A DNA stretch of 64,000 nt. Source: Azolla caroliniana (taxonomy: Eukaryota; Plantae; Polypodiophyta). The notes under the pieces are model-generated. The model was not told the DNA's origin. It saw only the letters and a program-made list of their open reading frames with translations, and did no database searches. The stretch is taken from positions 11,904,001 to 11,968,000 of the forward strand of contig JBHGNT010000021.1 in the NCBI GenBank assembly GCA_043228905.1, written 5' to 3'. This document shows, in pieces, positions 38,633-51,388 of the stretch (positions are counted from its first letter, which is position 1; every line of letters starts with the position of its first letter). A program made the translations under genes and the position numbers.

Positions 38633-39710
38633 CAGTAAACATTCGGTTAAGTGTGCACTTTGAACGCAAGGTAAAAGTGCGCACTTAACTAAGCTGCGCA
38701 TTTAGGGTTTTTTAGTTAAAAAAAAAGAATCCCAATTTTTTCCCTGTTGTAATTTTGAGAAAGCATAGCCCAAACAGCCATCGCTCAGACCCTCCTTACT
38801 GTTGTAATGTCTCGGATATGTATATATTTTCTTTCGTATGTCTGTTTTTTGGTTTCTATGTTTTTTTTTTTATGTTTATGTCTGTTGTTTGATGTCTATG
38901 GAGATTGTGTGAGATGTCTAAGTTTGTTTTTTGGTGTCTATGGAGATTGTGCGGTGATGTCTATGCCTGAATGGTATGTGGTCTATGAGAAATGATCCAC
39001 ATACTTGGCTGGAGATAGTGTAAAAAAATGCCCAAAAGTAGGGATTTGAATCCACATACTGTTAATCAATCAATAGCTATTAATCGATTAATAACTTTTT
39101 CCTCCACATAATAAGCCATTCATCGATTAATCGATTAATAGTTTTTCCTCACATAATAAGCCATTAATCAATTTATAGCTTTTCCTCCACATAATATGCC
39201 ATTAATCGATTAATTGCTTTCCCTTCATGTAATAAGCCATTAATTGATTAACTCTATATAAATAAGCCATTAATCGATTATTTGATTAATAGCTTTTCCT
39301 TCATGTAAGTCCACATAATAAGCTATTAATCAACTAATCGATTAATACATTTCCCATAATAGACCCAAGCTTGCACCCTATTTAGTTTTAGAGAATATGT
39401 ATCTTGTTGCAAAGCAAAGTTTCCATGAAATTAGTTCAAGATTGTATGTATTCACCATATCTTGCTCAACCTATTTAGTAGACAAATGGCCTTACATCAT
39501 TTTGGTATGAAATTGCAAAAGCACTACAAATCTTGTTTTTATTGATCATTTTGTTGTTTTTTGCATGATTGGAACATAGTTTCAAATTGGTTTGATATGT
39601 TTTGTCATAAAACAATGTAAATTTTTTGAATAAGATTTTGACATCTATAAAAAGTGCACTTAATAGAATGACGCACTTAATTGGGCACACACTTAACCGA
39701 ACGGTTACTG
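38633..39710. mobile_element. Non-autonomous Tc1/mariner (pogo-like) element with an internal minisatellite at ~39060-39350
   Basis: TIRs CAGTAAACATTCGGTTAAGTGTG / CACACTTAACCGAACGGTTACTG flanked by TA on both sides. No transposase ORF. Confidence 0.85.
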
Positions 39711-39819
39711 TACTCCTATAACGCTAGACAACCATTAAAGAATTTTATAGTTTACCAAATCCACATGTATTTATTAAGAGACTGTCTCGGGTAGAAAATA
39801 TACACAGGAGAGTAGAAGA

Positions 39820-41060
39820 TAATCAAAGGGATGAGTTAATTAATTGAAAAACTTTGTAAGTGGTGTTGTTCACCTTGATTGTAATCTAGGTGAACACACA
39901 TATTTATACAAGTTCTGAGATTGAATATCTTTAGAATATACCTAAGAAATACTCTAGAATATACTCGTCTAGATTTATACCATAGAACGGATTTGGTCGA
40001 CCTCGTATTCCTCGCCTATTGTCAACTTCACAGGTGGTGGTGGGGGCGCCTGGCGTCCTGGGAGTTGTGAAGCATAATGCGTCTTGAGGAGAGAGACATG
40101 AAAAACATCATGAATCTAGAAGTGGGATGGAAGGGCCAGCCGGAAGGCGATGAGATTGATGCGCTCAACTATATGGAATGGTCCCAACTTCTTGTAATCA
40201 AGTTTTGCACATGGACGGGTAGTAGAGATGTGTCGTCGTAACAACTAGACCATGTCTCCAATGATAAATGGTAGAGTGATATGGCGATGGAGATCAACGT
40301 GCTTATTGTATCGTTCGCCAACGAGACGAAGCTCCAAGGATAAGTCATGATGTAGCTCTTCTAAAACGCGGGCTCGACCCTCTGCCGAAGGGTTCACAGA
40401 AGTGGTAGGGAGGGAAATGTTGAAGTAAGGATGTAAACCATAGTTTGCAAAGAAGGGAGTGACGTTAGTCGATGCATGGAGAGAATTATTGTAAGCGAAT
40501 TCTGCTAGTGAAAGTAAGTTGACCCAATCATCTTGTTGGTAACTAACCGAGCACCGAAGATACTACTCAAGGATTTGGTTGACGCGCTTCGTCTGACCGT
40601 CAGTCTAAGGGTGATAGGCGGAGGACAACTTGACGAGGATGCCTAAAGTTTGCAGCAGGTGCTGCCAGACGTGAGAGACAAATTGGGGTCCACGATTAGA
40701 GATGACATCACCGGGGAGGCCATGCAAACAGACCACATTATTGAGGAGTAGATGCGTCATTCCTTCTCCAGAAATGGTTTTTGAGCATGGAGTGAAGCGA
40801 GACATCTTTGTAAACTGATCAACAATGACCAACACCGAGTCATAGCTATTGACCAAGGGTAGATTGGTTATGAGGTCCATAGAGATAGAGGCCCAGGGAC
40901 GACTAGGACATGGAAGTAGCTAGAGTAAGCCATATGGCCGATGATGAGCAACTTTGGAGCGAGCGCAAACCTCAATCGTCTGGATGTATTCTTTGACCAA
41001 CTTCCATGGTTGTGGCCACCAATATCCCTGAGAGATTAGTTCGAGGGTTTTTGCAACTCC
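39820..41060 (-). mobile_element. Chromovirus integrase remnant joined to a partial LTR
   Basis: ORF 40605..40880 has MDLITNLP / ISNRGPQF / LSSAYHP. The LTR piece GGTGTTGTTCACCTTGATTGTAATC...TATTTATACAAG at ~39860-39912 is shared with 46996 and 58962. Confidence 0.85.
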
Positions 41061-42859
41061 GAAGTGACCTGCAAGGGGGTCCCAAAGTATTGTCCACCTC
41101 GATGCGATGGAGCATCAACATAGCACACATCCGTGTGTACTAGTTCCAATGCAACCTCTCTTCTTCTTGGTGGTATTGTGTGGAATGCAGCTCTATTATG
41201 CTTTCCGGCTAAGTAGTCGACACACTTCTCCAGATGCACGCCCTTGACTTCTAGTAGAAGTTTTTGGTCGGGTAACAGGTGCATTCCCTTCTCACTCATG
41301 TGGCCTAGCCTCTTATGCCATATCTCACCTGCCGAGTTGGATGCCACATTTACTTCCGATTTGCACAGTCGGGCATGCATCATGTACAATGTGCCTTCTT
41401 TCTGTGCTTGGGCCACTATAAGATTTCCTCGACAGAACTTCCACTTGCCATTTTGAAAGCTACCACTATAGCCTTTGTCATCTAACCTTCCAGTCGATAT
41501 CAGATTCAATCTGATATCAGGGACGTGTCGAACATCCTTCAGTGTCAGTCGACACCCTATCGACGTCGTTAAGCAAACACTTCCGACTCTGGTTACCCTG
41601 CACTCTCCACTGTCACCCATCGTTACATAGCCATGATCCTCAACTATGTAAGTCGAGAAATACTCTCTCGACAGAGTTATTTGGAATGATGCTCCGGAAT
41701 CAATCACCCACGTGCAATCTTCACTTGCAAGATTTGCACTTGTCTGTTCACAAATGAACAGGAGTTCTTCATTGCTCGTAGCAATGGCCGAAGTGTTCTT
41801 CTCATCAGGAATCTTCCTGGGTTCGACATTATTTCCGACACTCTTATCTTTCTTTAAGTGTCGACAGTCCTTCTGGAAGTGTCTAGGCTTTCCACAATAA
41901 AAGCACATGGGCTTACCTCTGGACTTCGATCTGGCGTGGGATTTGTCTGTTCGTTGCAGACTTTTTCTTCGTCGGTCTCTTCCTCTGTTCATATGTTGAG
42001 TCAGATTCGACTCCGATTGGGACATGACTCCTTTGTCTTTCCTCCTTGCCTCCTCATTTAGGATGCTTGTCTTCACCGTCTATAAAGACAACCACCAGGT
42101 TCTCCCAGTTATCCGGCAGTGTGCACATTAGCAGGATGACCTGCATTGCATCATCCAAGGGAAACTTGGTCGCAGCAAGTTGATTTACATACCCCATGAA
42201 TGTGCTGATGTGTTCGATGATGCTCTCACCGTCTCTGTATTTCAGTCGTATGATTTTTCTCATCAACGAGGTTTTATTGAGCGCGTTCTTCCTCTCATAC
42301 AGACCCGACAGCTTCTGCCACATCTCGTGAGCATTTGCGTCGTTCGCCACATGCTGAAGGACACTTACATTGACACATTGTCGGATAGTAGCCACTGCCT
42401 TTCTATTCAGAAGCTTCCAGTCCGACTCCAATACCACCCAAGGTATTTATGCTCTGTCGACTGGCTCGTATAGGTCTTTAACTATGAGAAGGACTTCCAT
42501 CTTGATCTTCCAGTCTACATAGTTCTGTGAGTTTAGAACTATCATACCTGGGAAACCGCTCACACCTCCTTCCATGCTTGCACCTCAAGCTCTGATACCA
42601 GTTTGTTGAGAAATCGTTCGGTCAAATCACAATAAACGAACTATGCTGAAATACGAATCACACAAGTATGCCAAAGAGAGACAAGATAAACAATAATGCA
42701 CAGAGATTTACGTGGAAACCCTAAAACGGGAGAAAACCACGGAGAACAGAACTTCACTATACAGTGGATATACTACAGAGGGTATGTTACAGCACTCTTA
42801 CGAGTGTATCAGCCACGTGGGGCTCTTGGTGTCTGCTGTTACGCACACAGCTATGGCGC

Positions 42860-42907
<48 letters not shown>

Positions 42908-43264
42908 CTCTCTCTCTCTCTCTGCTCACTCCTCACGCTCTCCCTCTAGCGCAACCGCACTCTATCTCTTCTATTCTCTATCTCACGTTTTGTCCTAAGT
43001 GTATTTATACTTATACACTGTATGGGCTTTTTACAAATGTAGTCTCTGCTACGTCTCATTATTATTATTGCTATAATAATAATAGTCGAACTATCAAACA
43101 GTCGACTCATTGTTTTCGACTCTTCGATTGTCGGCTTTCCGAACAGTCGGATCTTCCCTGTCTTCGATTGTCGGCACTCCTTGGTCCGATCAATCGACTC
43201 CTTGACTGTCAGCAACTTCTAGACAATCAGTTCCTCCTCCCACTTGAGGGACATATTCTCAACA
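41060..43264 (-). mobile_element. Ty1/copia (Tnt1/Tork-like) 5' half: LTR 43264-42604, PBS, gag, protease and start of integrase
   Basis: LTR termini TGTTGAGAA / TTCTCAACA. GCTCTGATACCA (tRNA-iMet PBS) at 42589-42600. CFYCGKPRHFQKDC, WVIDSGAS, VRHVPDIRLNLIS, WHKRLGH, LELVHTDV. Confidence 0.92.
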
Positions 43265-43920
43265 ATAAACTGGTCCGAGAAATATTCTTTGCCTCCATTG
43301 ATCGAAGGCAGCGTACGTGCCAACCTGTGGCTTTCTCAACTTCGTTTTTGAACCTTTGGAAGTGGCCAAACACTTTGCTCTTCTATTTCATCAAGTGGAT
43401 CCAAGTATGCCTGGAAAAGTCGTTGATGAACGTGACATAATATCGGCAACCACCGAATGTTGTCGTCTGGGCTAGTCCCCACACATATGAATGTACTACA
43501 TCTAGGATCCCTTTGCTCACATTCCTCTCTTTCGGGAATGGATGTCGGTGTTTTTTTCCGAATAGGCATGCCTCGTATACGCCTGTAACCTCCTTCTCGA
43601 TAAAATTCGGGAGTCTGATTACGACTCCTTTCGATTGCATGTTCTAGAGCTTTTGGAGATTGATGTGGACGATTCTCTTGTACCACTGTTTCAAGTCTGT
43701 TTCGACTTTGAGGCCTTTTGCGAACATAACTGATTTCACCTCCTCTAATTCAAGGATGAACATTCGGCCTTCTCAATGACCATGCACTATGATTTGATCA
43801 TCCTTTTCGATGAAGCACCCTTCATTATTGAATCGTACTTTCATACCTTGTTCGATAATATGGCCGACCGAGACCAAGTTTTTCGTGATGGTTGGGACAT
43901 GCAAGACGTTGTCGTGATGT
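43265..43920 (-). mobile_element. Ty1/copia integrase remnant
   Basis: ACLFGKKHRHPF...LDVVHSYVWG...YYVTFINDFSRHTWI in ORF 43383..43640. Homologous to 46250-46660. Confidence 0.85.
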
Positions 43921-45409
43921 TTTTGACACATAGTACGAAACCACCCTCAAAAGAGAATAAAGTAGTGGTCCAAATAAACTAATATTGCAAAGTCAACTTT
44001 TGTCATAAATGATGAAAAGATAGTAAGGTAGAAGCAGTTTTTCAAAAGTAGATAAAAATAGAAAAAGTAAGAGAGAAAAAAAACGCAAGGCGTTGTCGTG
44101 CCTTATGGCTCCGGATCGTTGCGTGAGTCGGGTGGAAACCGCTAGGGTTTTGGACTAGGAGGAAAGAAAAATCTAAGGCAATTAAGAATGTGAAATATAT
44201 TGTAAGGAAGAAAGATATGAAAAACTCGTGAATCCCACGAGTATAGTGTATTAGTGAGTACTCAAATTAAGAGAGAAAAATAGTTAGCCAATTCGTGGAT
44301 CCCACGATTATATTATATTAATCAACCCTTGTAAAATAATCAACAACCTCTATACATCTTTCTCCCTTCCTTATATAGTGTTTTGAAGAGTCTAAGTTTA
44401 TCACATGCAAGCATCATGCTTTTCCTATTTTTAGTTTTCATGCACACTGCATGTGCATGATTAACTTTGTATCTCATCTTTTCTTTTAACTTGAGTGTCT
44501 ATGCATGAATAACTTTTTGTACCATGCATGTCTAGAAATTTTACATGGAATAAAGTTTAGTATAACTTTAAAATTCATAATACCCTAGTATAATGATAAG
44601 GCTTAACATTATTAACATGGAGGTGCAAGGTTCGAATCTTGCCCTATGCATGTAATATATATATTTTGATACTTTCTTCTATTTACAAATATGTCTCTTC
44701 ATCCGGCTCTTTCCGGTTCTGCTTCATCCGGTGTTTGCTAGTTTTCTTTGTCCGGTTCTTACCGACTCTCACCGGCCTTCTTCATCCAGCTCTTGCTGGG
44801 TCTCCTTACCGGTTTCGGTCCTTACCGGTTCCTTCTTCTGGTTCTCACCGGGTACTCCATGTCCTATCCGGAGAGACCAAAAATGTAATTTTTCACGTAG
44901 TGTGCAAATTACACTATGACAGCATGGAATTGAGGAGCAAGGTAGAGAAAAAAGCTCATAATTTCCTCATCGGATGTCCAAATTAGACAAGAAAATATGC
45001 ATAAGAAAACTAACTCAAAGGGATTTCCAAAAATAACTTGTATGTCTAATTTGGACTTACAAAAATAAAATAATGATAGAAATAAAACCCGACTCATATA
45101 GACAAGCTTTTGTTTAGGAGAAAAATAAAGCAAGCCATAGAAACTCTATAAATAAGAGTTATTCTTAAGAAGAAGAGGGGGGAGATGGATAGGGATTTGA
45201 AGAAAAGATTTATGTTTCCTCTCTCATACTCTTAACCCTAAAGGGGGATATAAAAAAATCATGTATCAAAATAAGTCCATTATATGGATGATTTAGTAAT
45301 AAAAACTCTCTCATACTCTCTTAATTTAAGTTTTGCTTACGTATAGATATAATTTAGTGCTATTCATACTCTCTTACTCTAAGCATTCTTATCATTGCGA
45401 CAACACTTA

Positions 45410-46150
45410 AGTCCTTTTCTCATCACTGCGCAAATTAATGATGCAACCTTTCGTCTTAAATTTCTAGCACACATGCAGCTTCACCCAATCTTTCATAGCT
45501 CTCTTTTGGAACCTTGGCACACCTCTTCCGTTCGTAATTGTATCGTGTAACTGCTATTCTCGATTCCAAGATTGTGCAGAATAAGCTCTATTATCTAGTT
45601 GATTGGGTAGGCTATCCTTCGCACTTGGGAACCCGTCAATAATGTTTCTAATGCTCAAGCTCCTGTCGACGACTTCCATCGCCACTATCCAAATAAACTG
45701 GGCCCTACATTGTTAACGTTGCCTTCCACTCATCGTTCTCGAAGGGGAGATAGTGTCATGAATACATAAACATCATAGCTTCACCTGGGCTTGAACCCAA
45801 GACCTTGTAATACATAATCAAGAACCTAACCATTAAGTTAGCCTATGATTAAATGAGATGATGAATAAAAGCTACTTCTTGTAATACACTGATTATTGTA
45901 AAAACTCTGGAACATTCTAGAACATTCTAGAATATCCTAGAACATCTTAGAATATTCTAGAACATTATAGAAATCTCTAGGCTATTCTATAGGAACCTAT
46001 AAATAGAGATACACATGTATTCTAAAACCAATACGAATCAACACCAGTCTTAAGCTCTCATTGCCTATCTTGTATCCATTCTCATTCTATCTGAATACAT
46101 TCATTCTTCTCTTATCACTTCATTCCTCTCTTCTTGTGATCTCTTTACAT
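45410..46150 (+). mobile_element. Chromovirus chromodomain remnant, PPT and LTR (from 45754)
   Basis: Nucleotide similarity to 830-1400 (ATTCTCGATTCCAAGATTGT, TATCTAGTTGATTGG). GAAGGGGAGATAG-TGTCATG junction. Confidence 0.8.
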
Positions 46151-46199
46151 CTTTCTTCCGCCACCCTATCTTTTCTCTTGGTTCTGATAGCAAGTTCCG

Positions 46200-46920
46200 G
46201 AAACAATCAAAAACTTCACTTTTCTTCTTGATCAGGTAGATCCATGAGTGTCGGTTGTAGTCGTCGATGAAAGAGACGAAGTATCAACTCCAGCCAAGAC
46301 TAACATTCTGTGTCGGTCCCTAGAAAGCTTCAGAAATTTGGGCCTTCCGGCCACTAAATTTCGGCAATTCAAACACAACCTACAGGTCTTGAAGCCTGAC
46401 CTATTCTCTTGTGCCATAAGTCGGTGTTTGACTCGACTTTTTTTCCTTTGGAGAATAGAGCAGTGCCAACGTCATTGGCGTCGAGGATGAACATCATCCC
46501 ATCTCAACGCCCTTGCGCGATGACCTGGCCCTCTTCTTTGATGAAGCATCCGAGGTGCGTAAACTACACTTGCATCCCCTGGTCGACGATTTGTCAGACC
46601 GACACCAGGTTCTTCGTAATTGTCGGAACATGTAATACATTCATCAACTTTCTCTTTCGTCCGACATGAATCAAAGGAACTTCTCCGACATGCTCAATCA
46701 TGTGAGGAGTGTTGTCTCTGGTTTCGACGACTCTCGGTTACTTCGACTTCTCCAGATACGAGAACGACTCTACATGGCTCATCATATGATCTGATGCTCC
46801 AGAGTCAATGTACCACACTTCCTCTGATTTGGAAATGGTCTTCTTCATTGAGTTTGCCTTTTGTTTCATAACAAAGGTTGGCTCTTTTCCGGTCTTGCCG
46901 GATCCAGATTTATCCAAATC
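46200..46920 (-). mobile_element. Ty1/copia protease/pre-integrase remnant
   Basis: EEVWYIDSGASDHM in ORF 46738..47022. May be the continuation of the copia gag at 59170-59640. Confidence 0.8.
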
Positions 46921-47172
46921 GGCATAGACAAGAGAGCAAGAAAGAGAGAGAGAAAGTAGACAAGAGAGAAAGAAGTGAATTATGCTTGTGTAACTGGTGT
47001 TGTTCACCTTGATTGTAATCAAGGTGCACCCAAGTATTTATACAAGAATGCATGTAAGCTAGGAAACATCTAGAGAGTGCATGAAGATGCATTGTCTAGA
47101 AGTTTCTTGAAAGTTCTAGTGATTAACCTACAATGTAATAAGTTGAATCTTATATAATATAATAATGCATAG

Positions 47173-47243
47173 ATGGATGTAGCTCAACTGGTAAGGTTGC
47201 CCAATAAGACCAGGAGGTCATGGGTTTAACCCCCTACATTCCA
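47173..47243 (+). other. tRNA-like (Pol III A-box/B-box) module inside the LTR; not a functional tRNA
   Basis: ATGGATG-TAGCTCAACTGGTAAGG...GAGGTCATGGGTTTAACCCCCTACATTCCA. Copies at 59114-59169 (+) and 1599-1670 (-). No clean anticodon arm. Confidence 0.7.
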
Positions 47244-48472
47244 TCGTGTCCATGACATTATCCTCCCTCTAAGGCCGCCTCCCAGGACCCATGGTCGGCT
47301 TATGTGGGTATCGTTGATGAAAATCGTGAATGGCCTCTAGAGCATTTTGTAAATGTGTAACCGGTTCCCATCTGGCATCCGAAATGGGGTAACCTTAGTT
47401 GAAGCATGGATACTATTATTGTAGGCAAATTCCACCATTGCAAGGAAGTCCACCGAATCCTCTTGTTGGTAGCTCACGGTACACTGGAGGTATTGTTCGA
47501 GGATTTGGTTGACTCGTTCGGTTTGTCCATCAATTTGAGGATAGTATGCTGATGACAAGTTTATTGAAGTCGTCGCCAAAAGTGAGAAATGAATTGAGAA
47601 CCTCGATCATAGGTGATATCCTTGGGTAAGCCATGTAATCAGACAACATTTTTAAGAAAAAAGTCAGTTGTCTCTTCTCCGGAAATGGTTTTGGAACATG
47701 GGACAAAGTGAGCCATCTTCAAAAACTGATTGACAATTACTAGCACCATGTTATGGCCACTGACTAGAGGGAGGTCGGTTACAAAGTCCATGGATAGAGA
47801 GGCCCATGGTCGACTTGGAATTAGGAGCGGGTGGAGAAGACCGTATGGCCGATGGTGAGTTGTTTTGGACCGAGCACATACATCACATGTCTTGATAAAT
47901 TCCTTGACAAATTTCCAAGGTTGGGGCCACCAAAACCCCCGAGATAGCAACTCTAGGGTTTTTGTGACCCCAAAGTGGCCAGCAAAAGGATCATGATAGT
48001 TTTGTAGTACCCCGTGTACAACACGATCCTTCGGGACCGTACATGAGATGATTAAGATATAGTAACCCATCCCGGGTTGTAAATTGGGTGAGATATGAGC
48101 TATTCATGTCCGGGGATGGGTCATTGATGCGGGCCATGATGTCGTTGGTGAAGGGGTCTGACATGGTTGCGGTGGCGATCTCATTGAGTAAAGAATCATC
48201 ATGCAACATGCAGGTGGCAAACATTTGAAGTTGATCGAGCCTCAACAAATAATGGGATTGTTGTGAATATGCGTCATCCCCTGGGCGCAGTGCGAAATCA
48301 GGTCCTCGAGAGAGGGCATCAACTTTCCCATGTTGAACTCCGGGTCGAAACAAGATCTCGAAGTCGTAGTTGGCGAGAAAAGATGACCATCGGGCTTGCC
48401 TCCGATTCAATGTACGAGGTGAAGTAAATAAGATTTTTGTGGTCGGACAACACCTGGATACGATGTTGGGCC

Positions 48473-49131
48473 CATAGTTCCTAATATTCGCATACGCCCA
48501 ATCTGGTAAACATATGTGAACGTTTGTATACGTTCACGTATGATACGTGATATTCATTTTCCATCTTGAAACAAAGGACCATATCACAGAGAAACAAAGC
48601 TTGAAAGGCTTGAATTCTATAGAAAATCCCGAGAAACCATGAAACGGGATGAAATGCAAAAGAAACCTAAGAAACGAACATTTTAGACACAAGACAACAA
48701 AATGAGAGAGAGAGAGACGCTTCAGAAAACCCTAAAAAGTAGAAGCCGAAAAAATCAACAAAGATGTTGATTAAAGCTACAAAGGGAAAGGAAGCGACGT
48801 CACAGAGGAACCTGATAGAAATCAACAATTACAAAGAAACTAGAGAAACCCTAAAAAGAACAGGTAGAGAAGTCATCAGAAATGAGGGAACCTAAGAAAT
48901 TCCAAAAACAACAAATCCAAGAGAAACCCTATGTGTGTGTTTGTCTGCCTCTATATGGGATTTCCTCTCTCTGTCTCTATATGCTTTGCTTTCTTTGTAT
49001 GTCACTTCTCTCCGCTTTGTTTGTATGTAATGGATAGATGAGGAGCTCCTCTTTGAGCGGTGCACACAAAGAAAGTAGACAGACAACTAGTAATTCCTCT
49101 CATCTCATGTCATCTCATCTTTCTCTCCCAT

Positions 49132-49176
<45 letters not shown>

Positions 49177-49312
49177 ATGTACACCGTATATATGTGTGTA
49201 TGTATGTATCGCGTATGGATTTCAATCATACTTGGAGCCATTTCACATATGAGTATGATACAAATATTCAGGTATGAGTATGGCACGAATGAGACATATG
49301 GCTAGAACTATG
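48473..49312. mobile_element. Non-autonomous hAT-type element (840 bp) inserted in the gypsy RNase H region
   Basis: 8-bp TSD GTTGGGCC at 48465-48472 and 49313-49320. Short TIRs CATAGTTC / GAACTATG. Gypsy coding sequence resumes across the TSD. Confidence 0.85.
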
Positions 49313-50739
49313 GTTGGGCCCCAGCCAAATAGGGTCACCATTCAACGAAGGCAGAAATGATTGTTGCAAGCTCCTTGTCATAGACCGGATGATTGATTTT
49401 TGGGGCTGTAAACTTCTGAGAGTAGAAGGCAACAAGATGTAGTGTGCCCTCGTCTTCTTGTTGGGATAGGACAACTGCAATGGCAAAGTCAGAGGCGTCA
49501 GTTTCATCTTGGAAGGGCCTTGTGGGGTCCCAACACTTGGGGGGCTATGAGAAAAGCTGCCCGAAGGGCATCAAAAGCACTTTGCATCGCGGAGGTCCAA
49601 AGAAATGGAGTATCTTTTCTAGTAAGGATGATTAGAGATTGCACTAAAGAGGAAAAACCATTGATAAATCGTCGATAGAAATTTGCAAAACCAAGAAATG
49701 ATTATACCTGTTTCAACCGAGTAAGGATAGGCCAATCGGTGATTGCCGCTACTTGCGTGCATCCATTGTGATCCCTGAGGGTGAAATCACGTAGGCTAGG
49801 AATTCGACAGAGGTCCGATTGAATTCACATTTCTCACTTTTGGCGTAAAGCCCATGTTCCCGAAGTTTGGATAGAACCAGTCAAACATGTTGTGTGTGCT
49901 CCTCTATGTTGGAAGAAAAAACGAGAATGTTGTTAAGGTAGATCACCACGAAGTGATCGAGATACTCCTGAAATATATTGTTCATCATGTGCTGGAAGAC
50001 TACGGGGGCGTTGGTGAGACTGAAAGGCATCACCTTGTAGTCGAAATGTCTATTGCGTGTCCAGAAGGCCGTTTTCCACTCGTCTCCAGGCTTGATACGC
50101 ACCAAATTGTAGGTTCCCCGAAGGTCGATTTTGGAGAAGATACCCCCAGTTCGAAGTTGGTTGAGGAGTGTTGAAATTAAAGGCAAGGGATAACGATTAC
50201 GTAGCGTAATTTTGTTGAGACCCCGATAATCCACACATAGTCGTAATGAACTGTCCTTCTTCTTGACAAATAAGATTGGGGCCCCAGCCGGTGATTTGGA
50301 GGGTTGAATGAAGCCCTTGGAGAGGTTTTCATCTAGAGCCTCAAGTCCGGGTTCGGATATCCCATAGATGGGCCCAAATGGTGGATGTGAGCCATCTTAG
50401 AGTTCGATTGGGCAATCATAGGGGCAATGTGCCGGTAATCGGTCTGCATTTCGCTTTTCGAACACATTCAAAAAGTTGTTATATCTTGCAGGCAAATTGG
50501 TGATAGGAACAGAGACGTTTTGTGACACAACGGGCATAGAAACGACCAAGCTAGAATCGGCCACAACGGAATCAGCAGTGTTGGGGACTAAGTTGAAATT
50601 AGAAGAATGTACACTTGAGTAGTTGTTGGCCTTATGGCCTAAGCAAGGAGTGCGAGCGAATAACCTTCGGCGGTTGAATAATTAGGTTAAATAGTATGGT
50701 ATCTAAGGAATAGTTCAAAAGAGAATAGTGGAGGAGGAG

Positions 50740-50804
<65 letters not shown>

Positions 50805-50827
50805 AACTTCAATTTATGTAAGAAATA

Positions 50828-50880
50828 GGTCTTATGGCAAACATGTTTCGCTCTATATGAGCTCATCAGTGCTAAAGACC
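50828..50880 (-). ncRNA. Minimal type I hammerhead ribozyme
   Basis: Minus strand GGUCUUUAGCA-CUGAUGA-GCUC-AUAUA-GAGC-GAAA-CAUG-UU/UGCCAUAAGACC. Intact core, 4-bp stem II, stem I GCA/UGC plus GGUCUU/AAGACC, and a 1-bp stem III with palindromic CAUG loop. Confidence 0.88.
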
Positions 50881-51388
50881 ATACAAAAATGTTAGAGGCT
50901 TATATAGGGGAAGAGGAAAGAAGAGAGAATGGGGAGTGGTGGGGATGGAAGAGAGAGAGGGGGGGGGGGGGGTGAATGTGTATAAAGAAGGATGTGGGAG
51001 TTAGGGTGATAGTGAATGTAGAGAGGGATGGCTTAATGAGTTTGATGGGAAGGGATGATTTTGGGGATTTGTTATATTTGGTTATACTAGATAGATGCCA
51101 ATGATAAGTTTGATGTTTTAATGGGGGTTTTGGGAATCTAATATGTTTAGTTTTGACTAGATAAGAATAGAGTGATTTGGGGAGTTGTGGGGATGGAAAA
51201 GAGAGAGAGAGAGAGAGGGAGAGAAAAGAGGAGAGAGGGGTTTTGAATGTGTATAAAGGAGGATGTGGGAGTTAGGGAGGTAGTTAAAGTAGAGAGGGAT
51301 AGCTTAATGAGTTTAATGGGAAGGGATGATTTTGGGGATTTGTTATATTTAGTTATACTAGATAGATACCAATGATAAGTGTGACGTT

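Noticed and set aside
39060-39350. Regularly repeated palindromic units resembling a CRISPR array
   Set aside because: No unique spacers, eukaryotic context, and located inside a TIR element. It is a minisatellite.
42696-43440. 242-aa and 100-aa plus-strand ORFs
   Set aside because: They lie in a copia LTR across (CA)n(CT)n tracts and have no protein motifs.
47173-47243. Functional tRNA gene
   Set aside because: No well-paired anticodon arm and an imperfect acceptor stem; embedded in an LTR. Reported as tRNA-like only.
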